Below the pieces are notes generated by a model, which worked only from the letters and a program-made list of their open reading frames with translations, had not been told where the DNA came from and made no database searches. A stretch of DNA of 64,000 bases, from positions 141,712 through 205,711 of the forward strand of contig JAOUOD010000004.1 of NCBI GenBank assembly GCA_029880545.1. The letters run 5' to 3'. This DNA is from Gammaproteobacteria bacterium. Lineage in GTDB: Bacteria; Pseudomonadota; Gammaproteobacteria; Acidiferrobacterales; SZUA-150. This document shows, one piece after another, positions 10,163-19,104 of this stretch; position 1 is the first letter of the stretch; each line of letters opens with the position of its first letter. A program made the translations under genes and the position numbers.

Positions 10163-10456
10163 TTAATCATCGATGGGCAGGTAAAAAAACACGAAACGCC
10201 CGTCTTCGATATCGATTTTCAGGGTGGCGCCGTGGTGTAGGCCGTAATCCACGTATCCGGGTGTGGCGCTGTCCAGGTGGCACTCGCTGCTGTGTTGCGG
10301 GGATTCAAAATCCCGATCCCGGTCGTACCAGGATAGCAGCATATAGTCACCCAGCCGCTTGTCGGCCTCGGAATTCGCCAGCGCCATGGCTTCTTGGTAA
10401 TCGACCGGAGATGGCTCGGGCTTCAGTGAAACGGTTGTAAGTGAGTGGTTGCTCAT
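10163..10456 (-). CDS. small conserved protein of unknown function (possibly AF1514-like)
   Basis: 97-aa acidic ORF with no TM or signal peptide. The family assignment is from memory only. Confidence 0.45.
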   Translation of the reverse strand: MSNHSLTTVSLKPEPSPVDYQEAMALANSEADKRLGDYMLLSWYDRDRDFESPQHSSECHLDSATPGYVDYGLHHGATLKIDIEDGRFVFFYLPIDD

Positions 10457-10627
10457 TTACCAGGCTCCTGATTCAAAAGCGCTAGTTTACCCGGATTTAG
10501 ACTATACAAAGCGGAGTTGAGCGTTTAAAATCGCGCGTTCTCTGGGGTGGCACAGGCCTGCATGCCTGGCTGCCTGGACAGGATTTATACCGTATTTTGA
10601 AATTTTCGTAAGGAAAATCAAAAGCTT

Positions 10628-10846
10628 ATGCCAGCTATTCGAGTCAAAGATAACGAACCATTTGAAGTCGCCCTGCGTCGTTTTCGCCGTTCCTGTGAAA
10701 AGGCCGGCCTGTTCACCGAAATGCGTCGCCGCGAATTTTATGAAAAGCCGACCTCTGTGCGTAAGCGCAAGGCCGCCGCTGCCCGCAAGCGTGAACTGAA
10801 AAAAATGTCACGCATGTTCCAGTTCCGCCAGCAGCGTCAATTCTAA
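10628..10846 (+). CDS. rpsU: 30S ribosomal protein S21
   Basis: [28 protein letters not shown] is near-invariant S21 sequence. AAGGAAAA RBS lies upstream. Confidence 0.96.
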   Translation: MPAIRVKDNEPFEVALRRFRRSCEKAGLFTEMRRREFYEKPTSVRKRKAAAARKRELKKMSRMFQFRQQRQF

Positions 10847-10867
10847 TCTCTGATTCATTCCGGTTTT

Positions 10868-10888
10868 GGTCGACCCCGGTGGTCGACC
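10868..10888 (+). promoter_or_regulatory. 8-bp GC hairpin between rpsU and the next gene (possible attenuator)
   Basis: GGTCGACC-ccggt-GGTCGACC. E. coli has an internal terminator at the same operon position. No U-tract follows here. Confidence 0.35.
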
Positions 10889-10925
10889 CATGTCAGTCCA
10901 GGCCATAGAATCAGGGGAGCGGGGC

Positions 10926-11378
10926 GTGAGTCTCAAGTCACAGATCACCGAAGATATGAAAGCCGCCATGCGTGCCAAGGATCAGGACCGCCTGGGGGCA
11001 ATTCGTATGCTTCAGGCTGCCATCCAGCGGCGCGAGGTGGATGAGCGCACCGAGCTTGACGATGACCAGGTGGTGGCAGTCATCGAAAAAATGATCAAGC
11101 AGGGTCGTGATGCCATCAGGCAGTACGAAGATGGTGGTCGACCCGAACTGGCAGAAAAAGAGCAAAATGAAATCGCTATCTGGGAGAAGTATCTTCCCGA
11201 GCAGTTGAGCGAAGCCGAGGTGGCGGCGTTGATTGCCGAGGCAATCAAAGAATCCGGCGCCGATGGTGTGAAAGATATGGGCAAGGTAATGGGTGTACTG
11301 AAACCCCGGTTGGCCGGCAAGGCTGACATGGGCAAGGTCAGTGGCCAGGTCAAGACAGCCTTGTCCGGCGGTCAGTAG
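10926..11378 (+). CDS. GatB/YqeY domain-containing protein
   Basis: VSLKSQITEDMKAAMRAKD ... matches the usual YqeY N-terminus. I chose GTG 10926 after GGGGAGCGGGG. The track start at 10866 would lie inside the hairpin. Confidence 0.85.
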   Translation: MSLKSQITEDMKAAMRAKDQDRLGAIRMLQAAIQRREVDERTELDDDQVVAVIEKMIKQGRDAIRQYEDGGRPELAEKEQNEIAIWEKYLPEQLSEAEVAALIAEAIKESGADGVKDMGKVMGVLKPRLAGKADMGKVSGQVKTALSGGQ

Positions 11379-11455
11379 TTTCGACCGACTTTGGGTGTTC
11401 AGCCGGGATTATCGGGCTGGGTGAACTGGGGAGGTTCGGTACCGGAAAGCAGCGC

Positions 11456-13294
11456 ATGGCGGGGCGAATCCCGGAGAAGTTTATCGATGAACTATTGACC
11501 CGAATCGACATCGTCGAGGTCATCGATCGTCGTGTCCCGCTGAAAAAGGCCGGCAAGGATTTCAAGGCCTGCTGCCCGTTCCATAACGAAAAAACCCCCT
11601 CGTTTACAGTCAGTCAACCCAAGCAGTTTTTTCACTGTTTTGGTTGCGGCGCCCATGGTAGTGCTATTGGTTTCCTGATGGATTATGAGCGCCTCGGTTT
11701 TCCCGAGGCGGTTGAGTACCTGGCGCAAGAAGCCGGCATCGAGGTGCCGCGGGAACTGGCCACCCAGCCGGGGAACCAGGCGCGACGCCAGGACGAGTTA
11801 GCGCCGCTGTACGCGTTGATGGCCGAGGCCGACAAGTTTTACCAGCGCCAGCTGCGCGAGCATCCCGCTGCCCAGTTTGCCGTCGATTATCTCAAGGGTC
11901 GCGGCCTGACCGGCGCCATCGCCAAGCGGTTTTCGCTGGGGTTTGCACCGGAAAGTTGGGACGGTGTTTTGAGCGCGCTGGCGACCGACGATGCGCGCAA
12001 GGTCAACCTGGAAAAAGTGGGCCTGCTTGTCCGGAAAGAAGAGACTGATCGCTATTACGATCGTTTTCGTGGTCGGGTGATGTTCCCGATCCATGATCAG
12101 CGTGGCCGGGTGATCGGATTTGGTGGCCGGGTGATCGGCAAGGGTGAGCCCAAGTACCTGAATTCACCGGAAACGCCGCTGTTCCATAAAGGCCGGGAAA
12201 TGTACGGCCTGTACCTGGCGCGGGAAGGCATACGCCGCCGCGACCAGGTGTTGGTAGTGGAAGGGTATATGGATGTCGTGGCGCTGGCGCAATACGGCAT
12301 CGACTACGCGGTGGCTACATTGGGTACAGCCACGACTCGCGACCACCTGGACCGCATATTTCGTTATGCCGCCCACGTGGTGTTTTGCTTTGATGGCGAC
12401 CGTGCCGGCCGCGATGCGGCGTGGCGGGCGCTGGAACAGGCGTTGCCTCTACTTCAGGAGGGTCGACAGGTCAGCTTCCTGTTCCTGCCGGAGGGCGAAG
12501 ATCCGGATAGCCTGGTGCGCAAGGAAGGTCGCGAAGCGTTCGAGTCGCGCCTTGATGAACAGGCGGTGGCGGCACCGGAGTATTTGTTTAAGGAGCTGTT
12601 GGCGCAAACCGATACAAGCCGAATAGACGGTCGTGCCCGTTTAATTGAGCTGGCACGACCCCATATACAGCAGGTTTCCGTTGGCTTGCTGCGGGACATG
12701 ATGGTGGATCGGCTGGCGGAACTGAGTGGCGTCGCCCTCGATCGGGTGCGCGAAGCCGTCGGAACGGCGGTCAAGGTGCCGATGGCCGAGACCAAAAGCC
12801 AGGCGCCAACCGAAAAGTCGGCAATCTTGCCGAATCGGGGCAGGGCCGGGCTGGCACCCAAGTCGCTGGAACGAAAGGCGGTGTTGGCCTTGTTGCAGTT
12901 TCCGGGTGCGGCCAGCCGGGCAGGTGATACCGGTTTCTTGGCAGATTTGCCGACTTCGGGTGCAGCCATGCTGGTCAAGCTGTTGGATGTGGCGCGCCAG
13001 ATTGGCGCTGATGCCAGTACCGCGCAGTTACTGGAGCGGTTTCGGGACGACGGCCTGTACCGGGCGCTGGTGAAACTGGCGTCCGAGGAATGGGAAGGTG
13101 CAACCGACCTGGCGGCGGAATTGTCTGGCGCCCTCGGGAGTCTTAAGGACAAGGTACACCGGGAAAAGGTTCGATCAGTGGCGGCTTCGACGTCGACGGC
13201 AGAAGACTGGAAAGAACGGGTTCGGGAAGCGCGGGATGCGCTGAAGACGCGTGCCGACGTCGACGATGGAAAACCGGAAAATTCAGCCGATTAA
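11456..13294 (+). CDS. dnaG: DNA primase
   Basis: Zinc ribbon CPFHNEKTPSF ... FHCFGCGAHG, TOPRIM EGYMDVV ... FDGDRAG, and a C-terminal DnaB-binding region. Confidence 0.96.
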   Translation: MAGRIPEKFIDELLTRIDIVEVIDRRVPLKKAGKDFKACCPFHNEKTPSFTVSQPKQFFHCFGCGAHGSAIGFLMDYERLGFPEAVEYLAQEAGIEVPRELATQPGNQARRQDELAPLYALMAEADKFYQRQLREHPAAQFAVDYLKGRGLTGAIAKRFSLGFAPESWDGVLSALATDDARKVNLEKVGLLVRKEETDRYYDRFRGRVMFPIHDQRGRVIGFGGRVIGKGEPKYLNSPETPLFHKGREMYGLYLAREGIRRRDQVLVVEGYMDVVALAQYGIDYAVATLGTATTRDHLDRIFRYAAHVVFCFDGDRAGRDAAWRALEQALPLLQEGRQVSFLFLPEGEDPDSLVRKEGREAFESRLDEQAVAAPEYLFKELLAQTDTSRIDGRARLIELARPHIQQVSVGLLRDMMVDRLAELSGVALDRVREAVGTAVKVPMAETKSQAPTEKSAILPNRGRAGLAPKSLERKAVLALLQFPGAASRAGDTGFLADLPTSGAAMLVKLLDVARQIGADASTAQLLERFRDDGLYRALVKLASEEWEGATDLAAELSGALGSLKDKVHREKVRSVAASTSTAEDWKERVREARDALKTRADVDDGKPENSAD

Positions 13295-13377
13295 CCGGCC
13301 TGAATAGGTGAAAATTGAATTTGATGACCTATACTTCGGGTCATCCGGGACGTTGAACAGATTCGTTTATTTAGTGG

Positions 13378-15237
13378 GTGCTTAATATAGTGTCAGACCT
13401 CAGCAGTATTAACCAGGAAGATCAGCGACTCCAGCTGAAAAAGCTCATTATTCGAGGCAAGGAACAGGGATTTCTCACCTATCGTGAGATCAATGATCAT
13501 TTGCCCGAAGACGTGCACGATACCGACCAGATCGAAGCCGTGGTCAATATGATCAACGGCATGGGTATTGATGTCTATGATCAGGCGCCGGATCCGGACA
13601 CGATTCTGATGAAAACCGAGGCCACCAGTGATGACGAGGGTGAGGCTGCGGAAGAAGCCGAGCAGGCGGTGGCCACGGCCGTGGAGAGTGAGTTCGGTCG
13701 TACTACTGACCCGGTGCGCATGTACATGCGTGAAATGGGCACCGTAGAGTTATTGACCCGCGAAGGCGAAATTCGCCTGGCCAAGCGTATTGAGGAAGGC
13801 AACCGTCAAAGCGTGCGCGCCATTGCTGCCTGCCCCGCTGCCATCAAGCAGGTGGTGGATTTGATGGACAAGATTGAAGCTGAGGAGGCACGGTTGACTG
13901 ACCTGGTGGTCGATTTTGTCGATCCCAATGCAGATGACGATCCGGTGCCGCCTGCCGCGCAACAAGCCGCTGCCAAGGAAGAAAACGACGATGACGACGA
14001 TGACAGTAGCAGCAGCGATGTCGATACGGGCCCGGATTTCGAGGAGGCCAAGGAGCGTTTCGAGCGCGTTCGCAAGCATTACAAGGCCATGCTCAAGCAA
14101 CTGGACAAGAAAGGTTACGGCAGCAAGGAAGTCATCAAGGCCCAGGACAAGCTGGCGGATGAGCTGATGCAGATCAAGTTTGTTGCACGGCAGATTCAGA
14201 ACCTGGTTGATGACGTACGCGGCATGATGGAAGAAGTGCGTGATTACGAGAAATTCATCATGGACGTTTTTGTCAAAAAAGCACGGATGCCACGCAAGGT
14301 GTTTATCAAGGAATTCCCCGGTAATGAAACGGATAACCGCTGGCTCAAGAAAATGCTCAAGGGCGGGGAATGCAATACTGGCGTGATCGAGTCCTATTTT
14401 GACGAGCTGTGCATGATCCAGAACAAGCTGATCAACATGGAACAGCGTACCGGTCTGCCAATTAATGGTCTCAAGGAAGTGAATCGAAAGATGTCCATCG
14501 GCGAAGCCAAGGCCCGTCGTGCCAAGAAGGAAATGGTTGAGGCCAACCTGCGCCTGGTAATCTCCATCGCCAAGAAGTATACCAACCGCGGATTGCAGTT
14601 CCTGGACCTGATCCAGGAAGGCAATATCGGCCTGATGAAGGCGGTGGACAAGTTCGAATACCGTCGTGGCTACAAGTTCTCGACTTATGCGACCTGGTGG
14701 ATTCGCCAGGCGATTACTCGTTCCATTGCCGACCAGGCGCGCACCATTCGTATTCCTGTGCACATGATCGAAACCATCAACAAGCTCAACCGCATTTCGC
14801 GGCAAATGTTGCAGGAGATGGGTCGTGAAGCCACGCCGGAGGAGCTGGCCGAGCGCATGGATATGCCCGAAGACAAGATTCGCAAGGTGTTGAAGATTGC
14901 CAAGGAGCCTATTTCCATGGAAACGCCCATTGGCGATGATGAAGACTCCCATCTTGGTGATTTTGTCGAGGACGTAAACGTTGTCGCACCTCCTGATGCA
15001 GCGACTATCGCCGGGCTCAAGGGTGCTACCGAGGAAATCCTGTCGACCCTGACGGCGCGTGAATCCAAAGTATTGCGTATGCGTTTTGGTATCGATATGA
15101 ACACCGACCACACGCTCGAGGAAGTAGGCAAACAATTTGATGTGACGCGTGAGCGTATTCGTCAGATTGAAGCCAAGGCGTTGCGCAAATTGCGCCATCC
15201 GACCCGCTCGGATCGCCTGAAAAGCTTCCTTGACTAG
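13378..15237 (+). CDS. rpoD: RNA polymerase sigma factor RpoD (sigma-70)
   Basis: Regions 1.1 to 4.2 are present ([10 protein letters not shown], acidic spacer, [52 protein letters not shown], region 4 [14 protein letters not shown]). GTG start. Confidence 0.96.
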   Translation: MLNIVSDLSSINQEDQRLQLKKLIIRGKEQGFLTYREINDHLPEDVHDTDQIEAVVNMINGMGIDVYDQAPDPDTILMKTEATSDDEGEAAEEAEQAVATAVESEFGRTTDPVRMYMREMGTVELLTREGEIRLAKRIEEGNRQSVRAIAACPAAIKQVVDLMDKIEAEEARLTDLVVDFVDPNADDDPVPPAAQQAAAKEENDDDDDDSSSSDVDTGPDFEEAKERFERVRKHYKAMLKQLDKKGYGSKEVIKAQDKLADELMQIKFVARQIQNLVDDVRGMMEEVRDYEKFIMDVFVKKARMPRKVFIKEFPGNETDNRWLKKMLKGGECNTGVIESYFDELCMIQNKLINMEQRTGLPINGLKEVNRKMSIGEAKARRAKKEMVEANLRLVISIAKKYTNRGLQFLDLIQEGNIGLMKAVDKFEYRRGYKFSTYATWWIRQAITRSIADQARTIRIPVHMIETINKLNRISRQMLQEMGREATPEELAERMDMPEDKIRKVLKIAKEPISMETPIGDDEDSHLGDFVEDVNVVAPPDAATIAGLKGATEEILSTLTARESKVLRMRFGIDMNTDHTLEEVGKQFDVTRERIRQIEAKALRKLRHPTRSDRLKSFLD

Positions 15238-15266
15238 ACGCTATGTCGGGGATCGAGGCACCAAAG

Positions 15267-15290
15267 AACGGGCTGAAAGGCCCGTTTTTT
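15267..15290 (+). terminator. rho-independent terminator after rpoD
   Basis: AACGGGC-tgaaag-GCCCGTT followed by TTTT. Confidence 0.8.
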
Positions 15291-15338
15291 GATGCTGTTT
15301 AATAAACGTATTTTGTGTAAACTTGGCGACCCTTTTGC

Positions 15339-15415
<77 letters not shown>

Positions 15416-15706
15416 CATTTTTCCGTTCTATTATCCTGAGAAGCTTGCCAGGCCCTTCGCGCCCAGGCCTCCTCATTCGCTGGTATCGATGCCCCGGGCA
15501 AAAACCCCCAGCCAGGACGACTGAAGCTTCCTTTTGGCCGCGAGTTCGTGGCTGCAAAATGTTGCCGTGGCCCCTGAATAGACCGTTTTGTACGCAAAAA
15601 ATGTAAATATTTATAAAACCAATGGCCAGTTCCACGGTCTGCTACCACATTTAAAAAAGAACTGTACTAAACTAAACCCGTCTATGGATCGGGTTATTAC
15701 CTTACT

Positions 15707-16108
15707 TTGGATGTAAGTTTGGCAGTGGATGAACCAAAAGAAAAAGTTCTCATTTGTGACGATGAGCCGACGATCGTTGAGTCAGTACGCTATGTGGTGT
15801 CCAAGCTGGGCTATGACTATCGGGTTGCCAACAATGGCGACGACGCGCTCGATCTGGCAATGGAATTCAAGCCTGATGTTATGTTGCTGGACTGGAATAT
15901 GCCGGGTCTGACGGGTATCGAGGTGTGTCGGGCACTAAAGAATGACCCGCTCATGCGCGATACTTATATTATTCTCCTGACTGCCAATGCGCAGGTGATC
16001 GAGCAGGAGAGTGGCCTTGCCTCAGGGGCGGATCGTTATATCACGAAGCCTTTCAGCCCGAAGGGTCTGGGGCAGGTGTTGACGGATACGTTTAAGGAGC
16101 GACAATAG
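15707..16108 (+). CDS. single-domain CheY-like response regulator (receiver only)
   Basis: DDEP acidic pocket, acceptor MLLDWNMPG, LLTA, ITKPF. No output domain. TTG start; GTG 15725 is an alternative. Confidence 0.85.
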   Translation: MDVSLAVDEPKEKVLICDDEPTIVESVRYVVSKLGYDYRVANNGDDALDLAMEFKPDVMLLDWNMPGLTGIEVCRALKNDPLMRDTYIILLTANAQVIEQESGLASGADRYITKPFSPKGLGQVLTDTFKERQ

Positions 16109-16485
16109 TGCAACAGAAGATCAGCGTACTCATCGCCGAGGATGAGCGCTTCATTTCCCATGCATTGAAGGAGATTATCCGGCGTAATTTTGCCTGTGAT
16201 CGCCTGGATATTGCCAATGATGGTGCCGAGGCAATGGGTTTTCTGAAATCCTACAGTTATGATATCGCGATACTTGACTGGAATATGCCTAACAAGACCG
16301 GGGACGAGGTTCTGGTGGATATTCGTTCTGCCAGCAAAACCTCGTCTATGCCTGTAATCATGCTTACCGCACGGTCGGACAAGGACAGTGTTATTACAGC
16401 AGTTCAGGCCGGAACCACGGATTATATTGCCAAACCGTTCAAGCAGGGTGATATCCTGCAGCGAATCAAGAGACTGTTGAGCTAG
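16108..16485 (+). CDS. single-domain CheY-like response regulator (receiver only)
   Basis: IAEDE, acceptor AILDWNMPNKTG, MLTA, IAKPF. The GTG start overlaps the upstream TAG stop by 1 nt (TAGTG). Confidence 0.85.
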   Translation: MQQKISVLIAEDERFISHALKEIIRRNFACDRLDIANDGAEAMGFLKSYSYDIAILDWNMPNKTGDEVLVDIRSASKTSSMPVIMLTARSDKDSVITAVQAGTTDYIAKPFKQGDILQRIKRLLS

Positions 16486-16497
16486 GTTTTCAATCCT

Positions 16498-16526
16498 GCC
16501 ATGTTTCCGGGACCCGGAAACATGGC
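16498..16526. repeat. perfect 29-nt palindrome (14-bp arms) between receiver genes 2 and 3
   Basis: GCCATGTTTCCGGG-a-CCCGGAAACATGGC, verified base by base. No T-run follows on either strand. Confidence 0.9.
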
Positions 16527-16532
16527 CAGAAA

Positions 16533-16982
16533 GTGCTGGACATATATTTCATGAACGAGAAAGCAAAGCCTGGCATCATGTTGGTTGAGGATGATGTTGT
16601 TGATGTCATGACCGTCAAGCGTGCATTCAAGAAGGTTGGAATCAACAACCCCATGTATGTCGCCAATGACGGCCTTGTTGCCCTGGAAATGTTGCGTGGA
16701 ACATCAACGGCAAAGATCAATGAGCGGCCGAAAATTGTGCTGCTTGATCTGAATATGCCCAGAATGAGCGGCCTCGAATTTCTCGAAGAGTTGCGCAAGG
16801 ACCCTGACCTGAAATCCATCGTTGTGTTCGTATTGACGACGTCAAGAGATCATCGGGACAGGGAAGAAGCCTACAACCATAATGTGGCTGGTTACATTGT
16901 CAAGCCGGTGGAGCAGGCAGAGTTTGTCGATTCGGTCAAAAAGATGGGCGAATACTGGAACCTGATCGAGATGCCGGATTAG
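16533..16982 (+). CDS. single-domain response regulator, Rcp1-like subtype
   Basis: IMLVEDDVVDV ... VLLDLNMPRMSGLEFL ... VLTTS ... YIVKP ... YW resembles receivers usually paired with phytochrome or PAS kinases. Start is GTG 16533 or ATG 16551. Confidence 0.85.
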   Translation: MLDIYFMNEKAKPGIMLVEDDVVDVMTVKRAFKKVGINNPMYVANDGLVALEMLRGTSTAKINERPKIVLLDLNMPRMSGLEFLEELRKDPDLKSIVVFVLTTSRDHRDREEAYNHNVAGYIVKPVEQAEFVDSVKKMGEYWNLIEMPD

Positions 16983-16984
16983 TC

Positions 16985-18631
16985 ATGAGCCCACAAAAAA
17001 CAAAATACCTGATTATCGATGATGATGCTGTTGACAGGGCATTGATCAGGCGCATTCTGAACAATGGCAAATATTCAGGCGAGGTAATTGAGGCAGACTC
17101 CGCAGCCACGGCAATGGAAATGCTTTCCGGGCTTGTGTTCGATTGTATTTTCCTTGATTACCGATTACCACAGCAGGATGGAATGAGCCTGCTCAAGTGG
17201 ATACGTTCGAAGGATATAAAGTCTTCCGTGGTCATGATGACCGGCATGGGTGACGAGCGCCTGGCAGTGGAATTCATGAAAGCCGGGGCTTCGGACTATA
17301 TTGCCAAGTCCCAGATCGATGATCAGGCCATATCTCATGTACTGCAGAATCTGGTTCGACTTCATGAAGCGGAAGCTGCGCGTAGTCTTGCCGAAGATGC
17401 CCTGCGAGAAAACCAGCGCGCACTGTCTACCTTGATGAGTAACCTGCCCGGAATGGCGTACAGAAGCCGACCGGACAAGGGCAGAACCATTGAGTTCGCC
17501 AGTGAAGGCTGTCATAGCCTGACCGGTTTCGATTCTGACAGTTTTCTTACCAACAATATTATCTATACAAATATCATACACCCTGAAGATCGTAAACGGG
17601 TGAATACCACTATCTCTGGCTGCCTGGAACAGGGGCGCCGGTTCCAGGCAGCCTACCGTATTTTCTCGCGCGAAGGCCGGGTAAAGTGGGTATGGGAGCA
17701 GGGCTGCGGTGTTTATACCCACCAGGGCGACCTGATCGCCATTGAAGGATTTGTTACTGATATATCCGAGCGCGTGGCCTTTGAGGATGAGATTAAGGAG
17801 AAAAACCACAAGCTTGAAGACCTGATGAACAATCTTGAGCACAAGGTGACCGAGCGTACCCGTGATCTCGAAGAAGCCAATGCTGAACTGTTCAGACTCA
17901 ACAAGATCAAGACGGAGTTTCTTTCCATTGTGTCGCACGAGTTGCGCACACCACTTACATCGATCAAGTCCTTCGCAGAAATTCTGCTTGACGATATCGA
18001 TGATGTTGACGTTGATACTGCACGAAACTATCTCGGCATTATAGACAGCGAGGCAGATCGTCTGGCCAGGCTGATCAGTAACCTGCTCGACCTGCAGAAG
18101 ATCGATGCCGGCAAGATGACCTGGCATGACGAGATGACGGACATCATCGAGCTCGCCAGAGCTTCCATGCAGGTGTTCGAGGGCGCGTACCGGGACAAGA
18201 ACCTGTCCCTCAACCTGAAATCCGACATGGACCAGTTATACAGTGTTGTCGACCGGGACAAGATTCGGCAGGTGTTCTCCAACCTGTTTTCCAACGCACT
18301 CAAGTTTACCGATGACGGCGGGGTTGAAATAAGAATTGATGTAGATGGTTCGTCCGGTGAGCATTTATTGATATGTATTACCGATACCGGTCTTGGTATT
18401 CCAGATGAAGAACTGGAAAAAGTATTCGAGCGTTTCCACCAGGTAGACCAGTCGCAAACCCGGAGGTATGGCGGTACCGGGCTGGGCCTGGGCATCTGCA
18501 AGGAGATTGTCGAACATTACCAGGGCCGTATCTGGGCGGAACGCGGTGACAATAACCAGGGCACGCGTATGAGCCTGATGATTCCGCTTGCGGAGAATCA
18601 GCTGCCGCGTGAGGCCAGCGCCTCCGGCTGA
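16985..18631 (+). CDS. hybrid sensor kinase: N-terminal receiver, PAS, HisKA, HATPase_c
   Basis: REC (IIDDD ... FLDYRLPQQDG ... MMTG ... IAKS), PAS (IHPEDR ... YRIFSREGRVKWVWEQG ... DISER), H-box SHELRTPL, and G-boxes DTGLGI and GTGLGLGI. The start is 2 nt after the upstream stop. Confidence 0.9.
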   Translation: MSPQKTKYLIIDDDAVDRALIRRILNNGKYSGEVIEADSAATAMEMLSGLVFDCIFLDYRLPQQDGMSLLKWIRSKDIKSSVVMMTGMGDERLAVEFMKAGASDYIAKSQIDDQAISHVLQNLVRLHEAEAARSLAEDALRENQRALSTLMSNLPGMAYRSRPDKGRTIEFASEGCHSLTGFDSDSFLTNNIIYTNIIHPEDRKRVNTTISGCLEQGRRFQAAYRIFSREGRVKWVWEQGCGVYTHQGDLIAIEGFVTDISERVAFEDEIKEKNHKLEDLMNNLEHKVTERTRDLEEANAELFRLNKIKTEFLSIVSHELRTPLTSIKSFAEILLDDIDDVDVDTARNYLGIIDSEADRLARLISNLLDLQKIDAGKMTWHDEMTDIIELARASMQVFEGAYRDKNLSLNLKSDMDQLYSVVDRDKIRQVFSNLFSNALKFTDDGGVEIRIDVDGSSGEHLLICITDTGLGIPDEELEKVFERFHQVDQSQTRRYGGTGLGLGICKEIVEHYQGRIWAERGDNNQGTRMSLMIPLAENQLPREASASG

Positions 18632-18707
18632 GTATCCCCCGGTTTTTGTAACGTCGCGGCAAATCGGCTAGACTTCGGCCTCTTTTTTCTTCCAGGTAGT
18701 GATTCCC

Positions 18708-19079
18708 ATGAGTACTATTTCCCTCGATTCCGAAAATCTTCGTGAAACCATTGATAATAACGATATCGTCGTTATCGATTTCTGGGCGCCGTGGTGTGGC
18801 CCGTGCCAGTCGTTCGGCCCGGTCTTCGAGAAGGTTTCCGATGAGATCACGGACGTGGTGTTTGCCAAGGTCAACACCGAGGAGCAGCAGGAAATCGCCG
18901 GCATGTTCCAGATCCGCTCAATCCCGACATTGATGGTGTTTCGTGAAAATATCATCGTCTTCGCCCAGCCTGGTGCGTTGCCGGAATCCGCCTTAAAGCA
19001 GATTATCGACAAGACCCGGGAGCTGAACATGGATGAGGTTCGCGCCGAGATTGAAAAGCAGCAGGTCGAACAGGACTGA
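18708..19079 (+). CDS. thioredoxin with a charged C-terminal extension
   Basis: WAPWCGPC active site and SIPTLMVF. About 20 extra C-terminal residues (RELNMDEVRAEIEKQQVEQD). I chose ATG 18708; GTG 18699 is an alternative. Confidence 0.85.
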   Translation: MSTISLDSENLRETIDNNDIVVIDFWAPWCGPCQSFGPVFEKVSDEITDVVFAKVNTEEQQEIAGMFQIRSIPTLMVFRENIIVFAQPGALPESALKQIIDKTRELNMDEVRAEIEKQQVEQD

Positions 19080-19081
19080 TT

Positions 19082-19104
19082 GTGACCGCGAACAACCCGG
19101 TCAC
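19082..19104. terminator. hairpin between convergent thioredoxin and aldo-keto reductase genes
   Basis: GTGACCG-(9 nt)-CGGTCAC. It overlaps the reductase stop codon. No clear U-tract. Confidence 0.35.

Noticed and set aside
10548-10563. A sigma-54-like TGGCAC ... TGCAT upstream of rpsU, and a second TGGCAC at 42512-42527 upstream of dctP.
   Set aside because: The GG-to-GC spacing is 9 nt instead of 10 at the first site, and there is no TTGC element at the second. No enhancer-binding protein gene is nearby.
10566-10581. A LexA-box-like CTGG-N8-ACAG upstream of rpsU. The E. coli rpsU operon has a LexA site.
   Set aside because: One of the conserved positions is mismatched (CTGG instead of CTGT). 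The spacer is GC-rich (CTGCCTGG), unlike the AT-rich gammaproteobacterial SOS boxes. It cannot be supported without a matrix scan.
13750-15198. A 482-aa ORF antisense to rpoD, plus similar long antisense ORFs: 31994-33127 opposite mreB, 47392-48381 opposite the TRAP binding protein, 17165-18127 opposite the hybrid kinase, 21283-21972 opposite gspE, 22428-23090 opposite lipA and 26870-27697 opposite mltB.
   Set aside because: Each lies fully inside a gene with unmistakable conserved motifs on the other strand. Their translations are low-complexity (rich in R, G, H, Q and L) with no recognisable family. Long open antisense frames are an expected by-product of codon bias in moderately GC-rich genomes.
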